Part shown: positions 34,938-44,670 of the stretch, piece after piece
Layout of the letters: each line of letters starts with the position of its first letter
Position numbering within the stretch: the stretch's first letter is position 1
Assembly (NCBI GenBank): GCA_030753015.1
Contig: JASMDC010000027.1
Span: 1-46,106 of the forward strand
Reading direction: 5' to 3'
Source: Candidatus Undinarchaeales archaeon
Lineage (GTDB): Archaea; SpSt-1190; JASMDC01
DNA: 46,106 nt
Notes under the pieces: generated by a model
The model's input: the letters and a program-made list of their open reading frames with translations, nothing else
Database searches by the model: none
Told to the model about the DNA's origin: nothing
Program-made: the position numbers and the translations under genes

Positions 34938-37900
34938 ATGCGCGCGGCCACTGCCTTGCTAATCATTATCATTCTGCTCGCACCCTCTGCCCTGGCTGAG
35001 AACAACCATGTCTGGTTCGATACCAAGGACGGTCCCGAAACAAAGAGCGTGACTGTGTACTGGGGTGAGACAGAGCGCGTCCCGATCTACCTCCGCCATA
35101 ATTACACTTTCATCAAGAAGCTTGACGTGGTGTTCGCCATCGACATCTCCGGCTCCATGGTGGACGATCTTCAGCAGCTACGCACCCAATGGAACAGCAT
35201 CCTCTCCATGTTCTCCCGGTTCTCCCAGAACGACTACCGCATCGCTTTCGTCCCTTACTCGGGGAAGCAGACGTTGCGTGTGGACGAGAGCCTCGTCACC
35301 GCCTTCCTCTCAAGCCAGACCCAGGTCAACGATATCACCCAGTACATGGAGCAGCTACCCACCTCCTCGAGCGTGGGTGGGGGCGGTGGGTGCCGCGAGT
35401 ACACCTATGACGCTCTCTACTTCATCGCCAACAGCGGCTGGACCACCATCCCCCGGCTGAACTGCTACCCGGTCGGAGAGGCGTGCGAGTGGCGTGAGGA
35501 CGCCCTCAAGGTCGTGTACGTCATCACCGACGCTGGTGTGGAGGCGGACCAGTACGATATGCTCAAGCGTCTTGTCACCAACGCCTACATGAACGCGGGC
35601 GTCTACCTGTTCGGCATCACGCCCGGCGATAAGTCGGCATGCCCACCCACATGCGAGTGCAAGAGCGGTGGCTCCCTGTGCTCGGTCAACGAGGACTGTT
35701 GCTCGGATGAGTGCAACGGTGGTTCGTGCTCTTCGCCCATGGACCCGTGCTATGACCTCGTCCACGCGGCCCCCGCCACGGGCGGCCAGTATTACAGCGG
35801 CTTCCATCTCTCCTTCCTTGAGCAGCAGCTGGCAAAGGCGTTCGAGGACATCGATTACAACACCTTCAAGGTTACCCTGAGCCACGCGGGCGCGCTCATG
35901 ACCATCGTCGACGGTCTGGAGAACTGCCCCAGCGGCGAGGGGAAGTGCATCGACCTCGAGGTGGGCGAGTGCAAGACCCCGGAGGCACACCCGTGCGGTA
36001 AGCTCTTCTATCTCGATGTCACGGCTCCCGATAACACCGATCCCCAGAGCTACAGCCAGTCCATTACCACCGAGATCCAGGGCACAGCGATCAAGGAATC
36101 CATCGAGCTCACCGTCGATGTCAAGGTCCCGGCCGACCTGACAACGGACATACGTGCCGTGTACGACGAGGGCAAGACCTACGTGTTCTTCAACGTGAAG
36201 AACACCGGGAAAAGCCGTGTGACGCCCCGGTTCGACCAGTTCGGGCTCACCTGCCAGACCGTGGAGGCGCGCCTGTCCTTCCCCATGCAGCTCACGGACC
36301 TTGATCCGGGAGAGTCGTTCCTGGGCATCGGAGTGTGCACCGACGTGTTCGGTGTGGACGAGGACGTGAACGTCGAGCTCACAATGAGCTTCGGCGATGC
36401 CGAGCAGGACAAAGCGGTCGAGGAGAAGTTGCTGAAGGTCACCGCTAATCCTGACATATTCTCGGGTCAGGCCACCTACTACCCCGTGGGGCAACGGATC
36501 GATATCCAGGTCTCGGGCAGCGGGCTTGAGTACGCCCTGGTCCGCGTGGCCAACAAGAACACCGATAACGACGAGGTGACGCCCAAGAAGCGCACGACCA
36601 TGCTACAGAACATCTCCCTCCCGGGCATCTCACCGGAGGTCATGGACCGCAGCGACATCATCGTGTACGCCAAGGCTGGCGGAGCCATCTCCCGGCGGCG
36701 CATCTCGCCCGGCCATGCTTACTTCGACGTTGAGGCCCCCGGGACGGCTTTGGGCGACCTGACCGGTTGGGACAAGGGCACCTTCTGGATCACCAGTCCC
36801 TATGAGCATACCATGTACTCCAACGCCAGTCTCCCGATCGTCATCAACACGGTCATGGGCGACACCTTCACCCTCACCGTGAACAACGTGACGGCCTCGG
36901 CCCCCATCAAGTCCACGGACGAGACCAAGAAGTTCACAATGAAGGGCGCCAAAGTCCACGCCAGCCGGCAGAATGGTACCTACGACCGGCGCATCGCGAT
37001 CGACCTGCTCCTGGAGGACGTCAAGGGGACAGCCGAGATCAGCCTACTGGGCACGAAGAGCTCGGGGCTCAAGGTCACCATCAAGTACGAGATCAAGTAC
37101 CCCTATATCGTCGATGTGCTCCCCACGCTCGCCATCATCCCCCGACGCTCAGCGTCCTTCTCCGCTGCGATCACCAACAACCAGGATATCGACGCGCCCA
37201 TGGAACTGTGCACCTGGGGTGAGAAACTGACCGTGACCGTCGACGGCCAGGCGGTGTCCGACAAGACCTGCATCACGGTGCCTTCCATGGTGCCCGGTAC
37301 GCCCAAGAACGTCAACGTCACGGTGACGCTGGACGGCGAGGAGGCCACCTCCCTCACGATGGTGGCGCGCCATCCCTCGGATATCTCGAACAAGCGTACC
37401 ATGACGGTGGCGATCCGCCCCGCCTCCTTCACCGAGTCCACTATGTCGGCCTCGTGCAAGCGGAGCGAGTCACAGATCAAGTGCACCATGCAGTTCACCA
37501 ACTCGGGCAACCTCCCGACCTCGTACTATTACGGATTCGTCGCCGACGGATTCACCACGGATATACCCTTCGCGGAGGTCACCGGCGTCAAGCCACGTGA
37601 CACCCAGGTCAAGACCGTGTCCACCGAGTTCCTCCCTTACGAGATCACTACGCCCCAGCGGGACATCATCAAGGGTCTTGGCAAGATGGTGTTCCTGGCC
37701 AACCTCGTGCTCAAGGACGAGAACTTCACAAAGACGGACGTGTTCGGGGACTCATTGGACGTGTCCTCACTGGTGGGGGCGCTGGAGGGCATGGGTGAGA
37801 TGGGGCTGGCCACCAAGGTCAAGGCTCTCAAGGACACGCCCGGCCAAGCGGTCGCCACCTCGGTTATCCAAGAGACAAAGACCTTCATCGACGCCATCAA

Positions 37901-39296
37901 GGAGAGCGCTGCCACCTCCATGAAGCTCACGACGCGCTCGTCCATCACCGTCCTCCCCTTCATCGCGGACAAGCCCGTGATGGTGGAGGGGAAGACCAAC
38001 GTGACCTTCCGGGAGGACCGGACGAACGTACCCTTCTCGCTCCAGCTTGATACCGAACTTGAAGTGCCCGAACGTATTCCTGCCATGGAGGGCGAGGAGG
38101 TGACATTCACCGCATCGGTCACGAGCCTGGCCCCCTTTGCGGCCTCGTTCGACATCCTTCTCACCAGCTCTGATCCCGACCACCCCACGGTCAAGCTGCT
38201 GGAGAACCAGCGTCTCGAGCCGCGGGGGACGCTCCCCTTGAGCATTCCCATCCCCGCCGGCCTGTCCTCTGGCGAGTACAAGCTCTACCTCAAGACCAGG
38301 CCCCACGGCACCCAGAGCTATACCAAGAGCGCCAGCTCCGTGCTCGAGATATCCCAGGTGCGGCTCATCGACATGGACGTCACGGCCGTCAACACCAGCG
38401 TCAAGGGCCTAGCAGACGCATTACCGCCATTCGTGTTCACCATCACCAATACAGGGAACAGCGAGGAGACCTTCACCGTGACGGCCACATCCGCCACGGA
38501 CAAGGTGATCATTGATCCAGACAAACCCCTGATAAAGCCCGGTGAGGCCAAGGACATCACAGTGACCCTCGTAGTACCGCCCGAGCAGACCGAGGACTTC
38601 CAGGTGGCGCTCGATGTGGCGCCCCGGTCCGACGCTTCGAAGACCAAGCCTCTCATGTTCGACGTGTACGTGGTCTCGCCCGACATCCGTGTTCTGGACT
38701 TCCCTACCAACATCACCGAAGAGGGGACCATCACCTTCGTCAACGAGGGCGACGGTGAGGGCACAGTGTCCGTCCAGCTGGAGGGCCTCAACGCCGAATG
38801 CGTGACCTTGGAGAACGCCACGATCAAACTAGGTCCCGGTGAGCGTGGTACGGTGAAGCTGACGAACGCGTGCCCCGATGCAGGGGACATCAAGGTGCGG
38901 GCCGAGGCTCCGGGATTGTCCGACAGCCGCGACCTCACTCTCAAGCCCAAGCCCACACCCACGCCCGAGCCCACCCCCGTGCCCACACCGACACCCATCC
39001 CAGAGCCGAGTTCCATGTCCAAGGCACCGATCATCGTCCTCGTACTCCTTGCTCTTGGTTCGGTGGGCCTGGTACTGTCCAAGAAGAAGAAGAAGATGAA
39101 GCCCGGGGCCAAGGGTGGCGCCGCGGCGGGCGCCGCCGCCAAGGGCGCGAAAGCAGCCTATGCGCAGCAGTACCCCTACAAGTCCGCGTACATGAACAGC
39201 AAGTATGCCGCCTACTACCGCCAGCAGCAGGCCGGGGGTCAGGCGCAGCAACAACAGCAGGCCATGGCGCGACAGCAACAGATGCAGCGACGGTGA
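34938..39296 (+). CDS. Large cell-surface protein (1452 aa): VWA domain, Cys-rich insert, multiple Ig/CARDB-like domains, PT linker, TM anchor, Lys/Ala/Tyr/Gln tail
   Basis: Signal peptide after SD gaggtga; MIDAS DISGSM and VITDA; repeated ITNxG..E motifs; PTPTPEPTP linker; TM followed by KKKKK. Confidence 0.85.
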   Translation: MRAATALLIIIILLAPSALAENNHVWFDTKDGPETKSVTVYWGETERVPIYLRHNYTFIKKLDVVFAIDISGSMVDDLQQLRTQWNSILSMFSRFSQNDYRIAFVPYSGKQTLRVDESLVTAFLSSQTQVNDITQYMEQLPTSSSVGGGGGCREYTYDALYFIANSGWTTIPRLNCYPVGEACEWREDALKVVYVITDAGVEADQYDMLKRLVTNAYMNAGVYLFGITPGDKSACPPTCECKSGGSLCSVNEDCCSDECNGGSCSSPMDPCYDLVHAAPATGGQYYSGFHLSFLEQQLAKAFEDIDYNTFKVTLSHAGALMTIVDGLENCPSGEGKCIDLEVGECKTPEAHPCGKLFYLDVTAPDNTDPQSYSQSITTEIQGTAIKESIELTVDVKVPADLTTDIRAVYDEGKTYVFFNVKNTGKSRVTPRFDQFGLTCQTVEARLSFPMQLTDLDPGESFLGIGVCTDVFGVDEDVNVELTMSFGDAEQDKAVEEKLLKVTANPDIFSGQATYYPVGQRIDIQVSGSGLEYALVRVANKNTDNDEVTPKKRTTMLQNISLPGISPEVMDRSDIIVYAKAGGAISRRRISPGHAYFDVEAPGTALGDLTGWDKGTFWITSPYEHTMYSNASLPIVINTVMGDTFTLTVNNVTASAPIKSTDETKKFTMKGAKVHASRQNGTYDRRIAIDLLLEDVKGTAEISLLGTKSSGLKVTIKYEIKYPYIVDVLPTLAIIPRRSASFSAAITNNQDIDAPMELCTWGEKLTVTVDGQAVSDKTCITVPSMVPGTPKNVNVTVTLDGEEATSLTMVARHPSDISNKRTMTVAIRPASFTESTMSASCKRSESQIKCTMQFTNSGNLPTSYYYGFVADGFTTDIPFAEVTGVKPRDTQVKTVSTEFLPYEITTPQRDIIKGLGKMVFLANLVLKDENFTKTDVFGDSLDVSSLVGALEGMGEMGLATKVKALKDTPGQAVATSVIQETKTFIDAIKESAATSMKLTTRSSITVLPFIADKPVMVEGKTNVTFREDRTNVPFSLQLDTELEVPERIPAMEGEEVTFTASVTSLAPFAASFDILLTSSDPDHPTVKLLENQRLEPRGTLPLSIPIPAGLSSGEYKLYLKTRPHGTQSYTKSASSVLEISQVRLIDMDVTAVNTSVKGLADALPPFVFTITNTGNSEETFTVTATSATDKVIIDPDKPLIKPGEAKDITVTLVVPPEQTEDFQVALDVAPRSDASKTKPLMFDVYVVSPDIRVLDFPTNITEEGTITFVNEGDGEGTVSVQLEGLNAECVTLENATIKLGPGERGTVKLTNACPDAGDIKVRAEAPGLSDSRDLTLKPKPTPTPEPTPVPTPTPIPEPSSMSKAPIIVLVLLALGSVGLVLSKKKKKMKPGAKGGAAAGAAAKGAKAAYAQQYPYKSAYMNSKYAAYYRQQQAGGQAQQQQQAMARQQQMQRR

Positions 39297-39315
39297 ACGA
39301 TGCAGGGCGCTATCT

Positions 39316-40863
39316 CTACTCGACCGGCTGCCACACAACGTCCAGCACCGTACCGTCGCGGTTCTCCACCACGGCGATGATGCGGTCCGTGGTCGCAAGG
39401 GGCGGCAGCGTGTTCGCCTCCTCCAGCGCAATGTGGTGGAGCTCGTCGATTTTAACGATGGGCAGCTTGGAATGTCGGTAGTGCTCGATGAGATCATGTC
39501 GCCGGGGATTGATGGCAATGCCTCGGTCGGTGACCACTACGTCCACGGTCTCGCCCGGGGTGCTCACTGTCGTCACGCGGTTCACGATCGGCGTGATACG
39601 CCGGCGGCCGCGGACCAGAGGAACGGTGATTATGGTCGTGTCCGCTCCTGACGCCACGTCCTGGTGCCCGCCGATGCCGTGGAGGAGCATGCCGTCGGAA
39701 TGGGTCACGACGTTGACATTGAAGTCCAGGTCCACCTCGGTGGCACCAAGGATACCGAAGTCCAGGAGGTCGACAACGTTGCCCCGGTTGTGGACGTTTG
39801 CGTAAAAGTCCACGGGGATCTCCACGTGGCAGGGATTGTCACGGAGCGAGTCGATGGCCGCCGTGTCGAAGGCCTGGCCATCCAGCACCTTCTTGGTGGT
39901 GCCGTCGCGCAGCATTTCTACGATGACCCGCGTGGTGCCGCCCACGATGTAGTCCGCGGTGATCTTGCGCTTCTTCATGGCGGCGTTGATGTAGTCCATG
40001 GCGGCGAGCGACATCCCACCGGAGCCCGCTTGGAACGAGACCCCGTCCCGGAACAAGGGGTGCTCCTGGATGAAGTCGGCCGCCAGCTTGGCGATGGAGA
40101 GCTTGAGCGGGTCCGTAGTGATGCTGGTAGTGCCCGAGACGATCTTCTTCGGATCGCCGATGACGTCCACCTGGACCACGTAGTCGACGAAGGTCTGCGA
40201 AATGACGATGGGCGTCGCTGGGTATGGAACGAGGTTGTCGGTGACGGCGACCACCCAGTCGGCGTACCGCGCGTCGATGTCCGCGCATCCCAGCGGGCCG
40301 CAGGCAGAGGGGCCGTTCACTCCGTTCACGTTCCCGTATGGATCGCATTCGGGTGCAGCGATGAAGGCCACGTCGATGTGCAGTTCGCCATCGTGGACGG
40401 CGCGAACACGACCGCCGTGCGAGCGAAGGACCACGGGATTAGGGACTATCCCCTTTGACACGCCTGCGCCGACGGGACCGTTACAGCTGCCGACGAGTCG
40501 AGTGACAACGCCGCTGCGGACGTGGTCGAGGATGGGCTCGTGCACGGGGAAAAAAGCGCTGGGTGCCACCGTGAGCCCCTTGATACCCTTCCTCGCGATG
40601 CGGTCGAGCACCATATTGAGGAGGATGTCGCCGTCGCGGAAGTGGTGGTGGAAGGTTACGGTCATCCCGTCGGCCAGCCCTGTTCGCTCGATGGCCTCGT
40701 CGATGGAGGCGAGCAGCTTGTCCCGTCGAGGGTGACAGACCTTGAGCGGGGGAGCATGACGGGTGCCCGTCGGGGTCTCTACATCCTGGCCGTTGTAGGG
40801 CCGCACCGGGCCGTAGCCTGGTATCTCGTCGGGGAGCTCTCTGCCCAGCGTGTTGACCGGCAT
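39316..40863 (-). CDS. citF: Citrate lyase alpha chain / citrate CoA-transferase
   Basis: GL.DGMT.TFHHHFRDGD, RSHGGRVRA, QAGSGG, LGATEVD, GIGGHQD and TPGETVDVVVT motifs. Confidence 0.92.
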   Translation of the reverse strand: MPVNTLGRELPDEIPGYGPVRPYNGQDVETPTGTRHAPPLKVCHPRRDKLLASIDEAIERTGLADGMTVTFHHHFRDGDILLNMVLDRIARKGIKGLTVAPSAFFPVHEPILDHVRSGVVTRLVGSCNGPVGAGVSKGIVPNPVVLRSHGGRVRAVHDGELHIDVAFIAAPECDPYGNVNGVNGPSACGPLGCADIDARYADWVVAVTDNLVPYPATPIVISQTFVDYVVQVDVIGDPKKIVSGTTSITTDPLKLSIAKLAADFIQEHPLFRDGVSFQAGSGGMSLAAMDYINAAMKKRKITADYIVGGTTRVIVEMLRDGTTKKVLDGQAFDTAAIDSLRDNPCHVEIPVDFYANVHNRGNVVDLLDFGILGATEVDLDFNVNVVTHSDGMLLHGIGGHQDVASGADTTIITVPLVRGRRRITPIVNRVTTVSTPGETVDVVVTDRGIAINPRRHDLIEHYRHSKLPIVKIDELHHIALEEANTLPPLATTDRIIAVVENRDGTVLDVVWQPVE

Positions 40864-40866
40864 GTC

Positions 40867-43023
40867 TCACTCCTCTAGGTGCCTTTCTGCTGGTCCCTTG
40901 TACACCGCGTCGGAGAAGTTGATCCGGCGCATCTTGTTCTGGGAGAGGACCTCCTCGAAGTAATGGGCCGACAGGCCCGCTACCCGGCCATATATGAACA
41001 CGGCCTTTGCAAGAGCGGGATCCAGTCCCATGTCCGCGATGACGGCGCCTATGACACCATCGACGTTGATGGGTAGGTTCAACCCACGAACTTGGGACAA
41101 CACCTCGGTGATGAGCTTCGAGGCCGCGACATGGTCGCCGGCCACACCAGCGTCCCCTGACATGGTCCACAAGGCGTCCCTGCGGGGATCCTTGGTGTGG
41201 ACACGGTGGCCCATGCCCTCGATACGACGTCCCGCGTTGATGGCTTCCTTGGTCCTACGCCGGAGCGCCTCGGGGAGGTCGATGCCCTCCTCAGCAGCGA
41301 GCTCCACCGACGAGCGGAAGAACGCGGCCGCCTTGGCACCGGCTCCACCGTGCACGTCCGTGATAGCACCAACGCCGTGGGCTACTGAGACCTCGTAGGC
41401 GGCCCGTGTCGAGGCAGCGATGAGAGTGGCCTGCGCCGAGGGCGGGGTCACGCCGTGGTCCACGCAGGCCACGACCATGGCCTCGACCAGTTCGGCAAGA
41501 GCGGGCTCAACGTCCTTGCGTCCGCTCACCGCACGCCAGATGAGTTCCCTGGGCGATGCTTTGGGGGTCGCGCCGTCCAGTGCGTCCCCGGTCTCAAGGA
41601 TGACTGCAAGGTACCGGGACATGCGGCCCAACGCGAACACGGTCTTCTCGACCTGGGCGGCGGCTCCTTTCTCGGGAAGAGCGGCCAGGCCATCGTCTAG
41701 CAATAGGCACTTGGCCAGCGTCTTGGAGATGTCCTCATCCTTGGAACGTTTGACTTCAGGGCCGGGGCTGGCCGCGGCCTCGCGGAACACCTGCTCCAGG
41801 AAGGTGCGCTCCTCGTCGGTGGGGAAGCGCTGCCGGACCAGCAGCGAGGCCATCTCCACGATGCCAATCCTGCCGATGAGCTCCTGGAGCGGATACCCGG
41901 CTATCACCAGGTTGTTGGGCTCGACCTTGGTGATAAGCGTGCCCCATGCGGCCTTGCTGGGAGGATTCTCCCACGTATTGCGCATGCGCTCGTAATAATG
42001 GTCGACGTCAAAGTACGACTTCCCGCCCAGCTGCTCCTTCACCGCCTCGATGAGGTCATGCTGGCTGTTCACAACGGTGACACCCGCCGCCTCAAGCGCT
42101 CCCTTCTTGGACGCAAAGGTGCCGTAGGCCGTACCCGGCGAGACGATGGCACCGGCATGGCCCATGGTCTTGCCCTCCGGCGCGTTGGCACCAGAGATGA
42201 GGGCCACGATGGGCTTGGGATAGCGCTCGGGGTGCTTCGTGATGTCCTCGGCCAGGAGCTCCTCCTGGCATCCGCCTATCTCGCCAGCTACGACCACGAG
42301 GTCAGTGTTGGGATACGACTGGGCCAGTGGTACCATGGTGGGGAAGGGCGCGCCGATAGCACCGTCCCCGCCCACACCGAGCACGGCGTTCTGGGCGATA
42401 CCCGCCGACGCAAGTGCGTCGGACATGTGGTAGAGGATCGCACCGCTGCGTGAGATGATCGTGACCCCGTGGGCTCCGGCCTTACCGGGCGAGGGCTCCG
42501 CGGGATGGAACACGTCTGGGAGCATCCCCGCCTTGATCCCCTCGGGGGGAAAGATGATGCCCGGGGTGTTCCCTCCGAGGAGCAGGGTGTTGTGCTCGCG
42601 GGCCGTAACGAGTATATCGCGGACGTCACGCAGGGGGATGCCCTCGCTTATGAGCACGACGACGGGGACGCCCGCCTTGATGACCTCAAGGGTCGCGTCC
42701 TTGGCGGTGGAGTAGTGCCTCCAGATGCTGGCCACGGCCACGTCCGGGTTGTCGGCCAAGCACTCGGTGACTGTGTCGTACACGGGGACTATCTCGTGGA
42801 CCCGCGTCCCACCACGGCCGGGGGCAATGCCTGCGACGATGTCCGTACCATAATCCATCATGAGCCCCGCGTGTCGGGTTCCCTGACGGCCGAGGCCGAT
42901 TATGATCGACTCGATGCGCTTCGACTCCTTGATGCGCTCGGCCAGCTCAGGCCGCCGCTCCTTGATGATGTGGAACAGGAAGCCCTGGTCGGCGGGAAGC
43001 CGTTCGAGGGGAGTGACGCTCAC
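40867..43023 (-). CDS. ATP-citrate lyase alpha-like: succinyl-CoA synthetase alpha fold fused to citryl-CoA lyase domain
   Basis: CoA-binding domain, phospho-His MGHAGA, then citrate-synthase-family motifs DHGVTPPS, HGGAG, GHRVH and NVDG. Confidence 0.85.
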   Translation of the reverse strand: MSVTPLERLPADQGFLFHIIKERRPELAERIKESKRIESIIIGLGRQGTRHAGLMMDYGTDIVAGIAPGRGGTRVHEIVPVYDTVTECLADNPDVAVASIWRHYSTAKDATLEVIKAGVPVVVLISEGIPLRDVRDILVTAREHNTLLLGGNTPGIIFPPEGIKAGMLPDVFHPAEPSPGKAGAHGVTIISRSGAILYHMSDALASAGIAQNAVLGVGGDGAIGAPFPTMVPLAQSYPNTDLVVVAGEIGGCQEELLAEDITKHPERYPKPIVALISGANAPEGKTMGHAGAIVSPGTAYGTFASKKGALEAAGVTVVNSQHDLIEAVKEQLGGKSYFDVDHYYERMRNTWENPPSKAAWGTLITKVEPNNLVIAGYPLQELIGRIGIVEMASLLVRQRFPTDEERTFLEQVFREAAASPGPEVKRSKDEDISKTLAKCLLLDDGLAALPEKGAAAQVEKTVFALGRMSRYLAVILETGDALDGATPKASPRELIWRAVSGRKDVEPALAELVEAMVVACVDHGVTPPSAQATLIAASTRAAYEVSVAHGVGAITDVHGGAGAKAAAFFRSSVELAAEEGIDLPEALRRRTKEAINAGRRIEGMGHRVHTKDPRRDALWTMSGDAGVAGDHVAASKLITEVLSQVRGLNLPINVDGVIGAVIADMGLDPALAKAVFIYGRVAGLSAHYFEEVLSQNKMRRINFSDAVYKGPAERHLEE

Positions 43024-44297
43024 GCCCTCACCCCCTTGGCCTCGAGCGCCTCCTTTAGACCGAACCGGATGACGTCGGCCATGATGCGCTCGTTGCCCAC
43101 CACGAGGTGAAGCTCGCGCAGCTCGTCCGGCGTCTCGATGATCGCCTTCTCGAGGAAGGTGCGGGCGGCGGGCAGGTCGGTCCCCACCATCCTCCCGTAC
43201 ACCGGAAGGAGGCGCTTGTTGTCGCGGTGCCGGTCGCGCAGGGCCAGGACTAGCCCGCGGATGAACACGTCACATGAGGAGATGCCGCCGAACCGCGAGG
43301 TGATGACCACATCGACACGAGGATCATCCATGAGCAGGTGGAACATCTCCGCCACCTTCTTCTGACTGGGGCCCCCTCCGCTATCCATGAAGTTCACTGG
43401 GACGGCCCGGTCGTCCAGGTACCGTTTGCTGACGTTCACGACCTCGTCGATCGAGAATATGCCGTATCCGGCGCCGCCGGGCACAATGCCAACATAGATC
43501 TTCTCAGGGTCCTTCTCCAGGTCCACGGTCAACAGGTCGACGTAGGGGAAGCCAGCGTCACGGGCCCGGCGCTCGTTGGCGGTGGGCTCGGCGACGTCGT
43601 GACGCACGGTCCCGATGCCGAGCTGGTCGAGGAGCGCCTTCTGGCGATAGAGAGCGTTATCGTCAATCACGAGCTTCGCGTCCACGGCCAACGGACCGTC
43701 CGGTGTGATGAGGAGGGGATTGATCTCGCACACCTTGGCATCGACGTCCTGGTAGAGTGCGTACACCTTGGCCACGACATCGGCCAGCTGGTCGACGTCG
43801 GCGTCGGGGAGGTCCTTGGCGAGGAACTCGGCCAGTTTCCGGACCGTCTCTACGGGAAGTTCGGAGCTGTTGGACGTGATGGGCACCTTCATGATCGCCT
43901 CGGGCCGTGTGCGCGACACCTCTTCGATGTCGACACCCCCGGAGGCGCTCACCATCATCACGTTGGTGTAGGTCGCAGGTTCCATGGTAGCGCCCACGTA
44001 GCAGGCGCCCTTCTCCTCGGCCATGGCCTCTACGGCAACGGTCTCTACCGGGTAGCCCTTGATACTCAGCGAGAATAGCTCGGTGACCGCGGCCTTGGCC
44101 TCCTCAGGGGCCTTTGCCCGCTTGATACCGCCGGCCTTCCCCCTACCGCCCACGAGCACCATCGACTTTAGCATGACCGGGTACTTGACATCCAGCGATC
44201 CGAACTCCTCGGGTTTGTGAATGACACCGTAGAGAGCGGGCACCTTGATGCCCTTGCTCACGAAAACCTTCTTTGCCTCGTGCTCATAAAGACGCAT
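43020..44297 (-). CDS. ATP-grasp subunit, succinyl-CoA synthetase beta / ATP-citrate lyase beta-like
   Basis: MRLYEHEAK, GGRGKAGG, GGVDIEE, EINPL, DAK, GGAG and NFMDSGGGP motifs; SD ggaggt upstream of 44297. Confidence 0.88.
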   Translation of the reverse strand: MRLYEHEAKKVFVSKGIKVPALYGVIHKPEEFGSLDVKYPVMLKSMVLVGGRGKAGGIKRAKAPEEAKAAVTELFSLSIKGYPVETVAVEAMAEEKGACYVGATMEPATYTNVMMVSASGGVDIEEVSRTRPEAIMKVPITSNSSELPVETVRKLAEFLAKDLPDADVDQLADVVAKVYALYQDVDAKVCEINPLLITPDGPLAVDAKLVIDDNALYRQKALLDQLGIGTVRHDVAEPTANERRARDAGFPYVDLLTVDLEKDPEKIYVGIVPGGAGYGIFSIDEVVNVSKRYLDDRAVPVNFMDSGGGPSQKKVAEMFHLLMDDPRVDVVITSRFGGISSCDVFIRGLVLALRDRHRDNKRLLPVYGRMVGTDLPAARTFLEKAIIETPDELRELHLVVGNERIMADVIRFGLKEALEAKGVRA

Positions 44298-44409
44298 GAT
44301 CTGTAACCTCCGTTCTCGGGCGTGCGCGCCCACTGGCCACATAGAAGGAGGAAATAAAAAGGTTGGCAAGGAACGCAGACCCACACCACCACGGGACCGG
44401 GATGGCACC

Positions 44410-44670
44410 ATGATACGTCTGCGCACCGCTTTCAAGGTCGAGGAGCTGATCCCCTACGAGGTGGACTGCGCCGACCACTATTTCCTCCCCGGCCCGGACC
44501 GACGCATGCAGCGCCCCGCACCATTCTGGGTGTACGAGGTGCCGGCAGAGGTGCTCCTGGGCAACACCCTGGACGACGACGTGGACCTCGGGAGCATCCC
44601 GGACAAGAAGGCCTTCTTCGAGGCGGTCAATCAGCTCAAGGAGCGTATTACCGGAGGCGAACGAGCATGA
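44410..44670 (+). CDS. Hypothetical protein (86 aa)
   Basis: Coding-like bias; ATGA overlap with the next gene. Confidence 0.6.
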   Translation: MIRLRTAFKVEELIPYEVDCADHYFLPGPDRRMQRPAPFWVYEVPAEVLLGNTLDDDVDLGSIPDKKAFFEAVNQLKERITGGERA

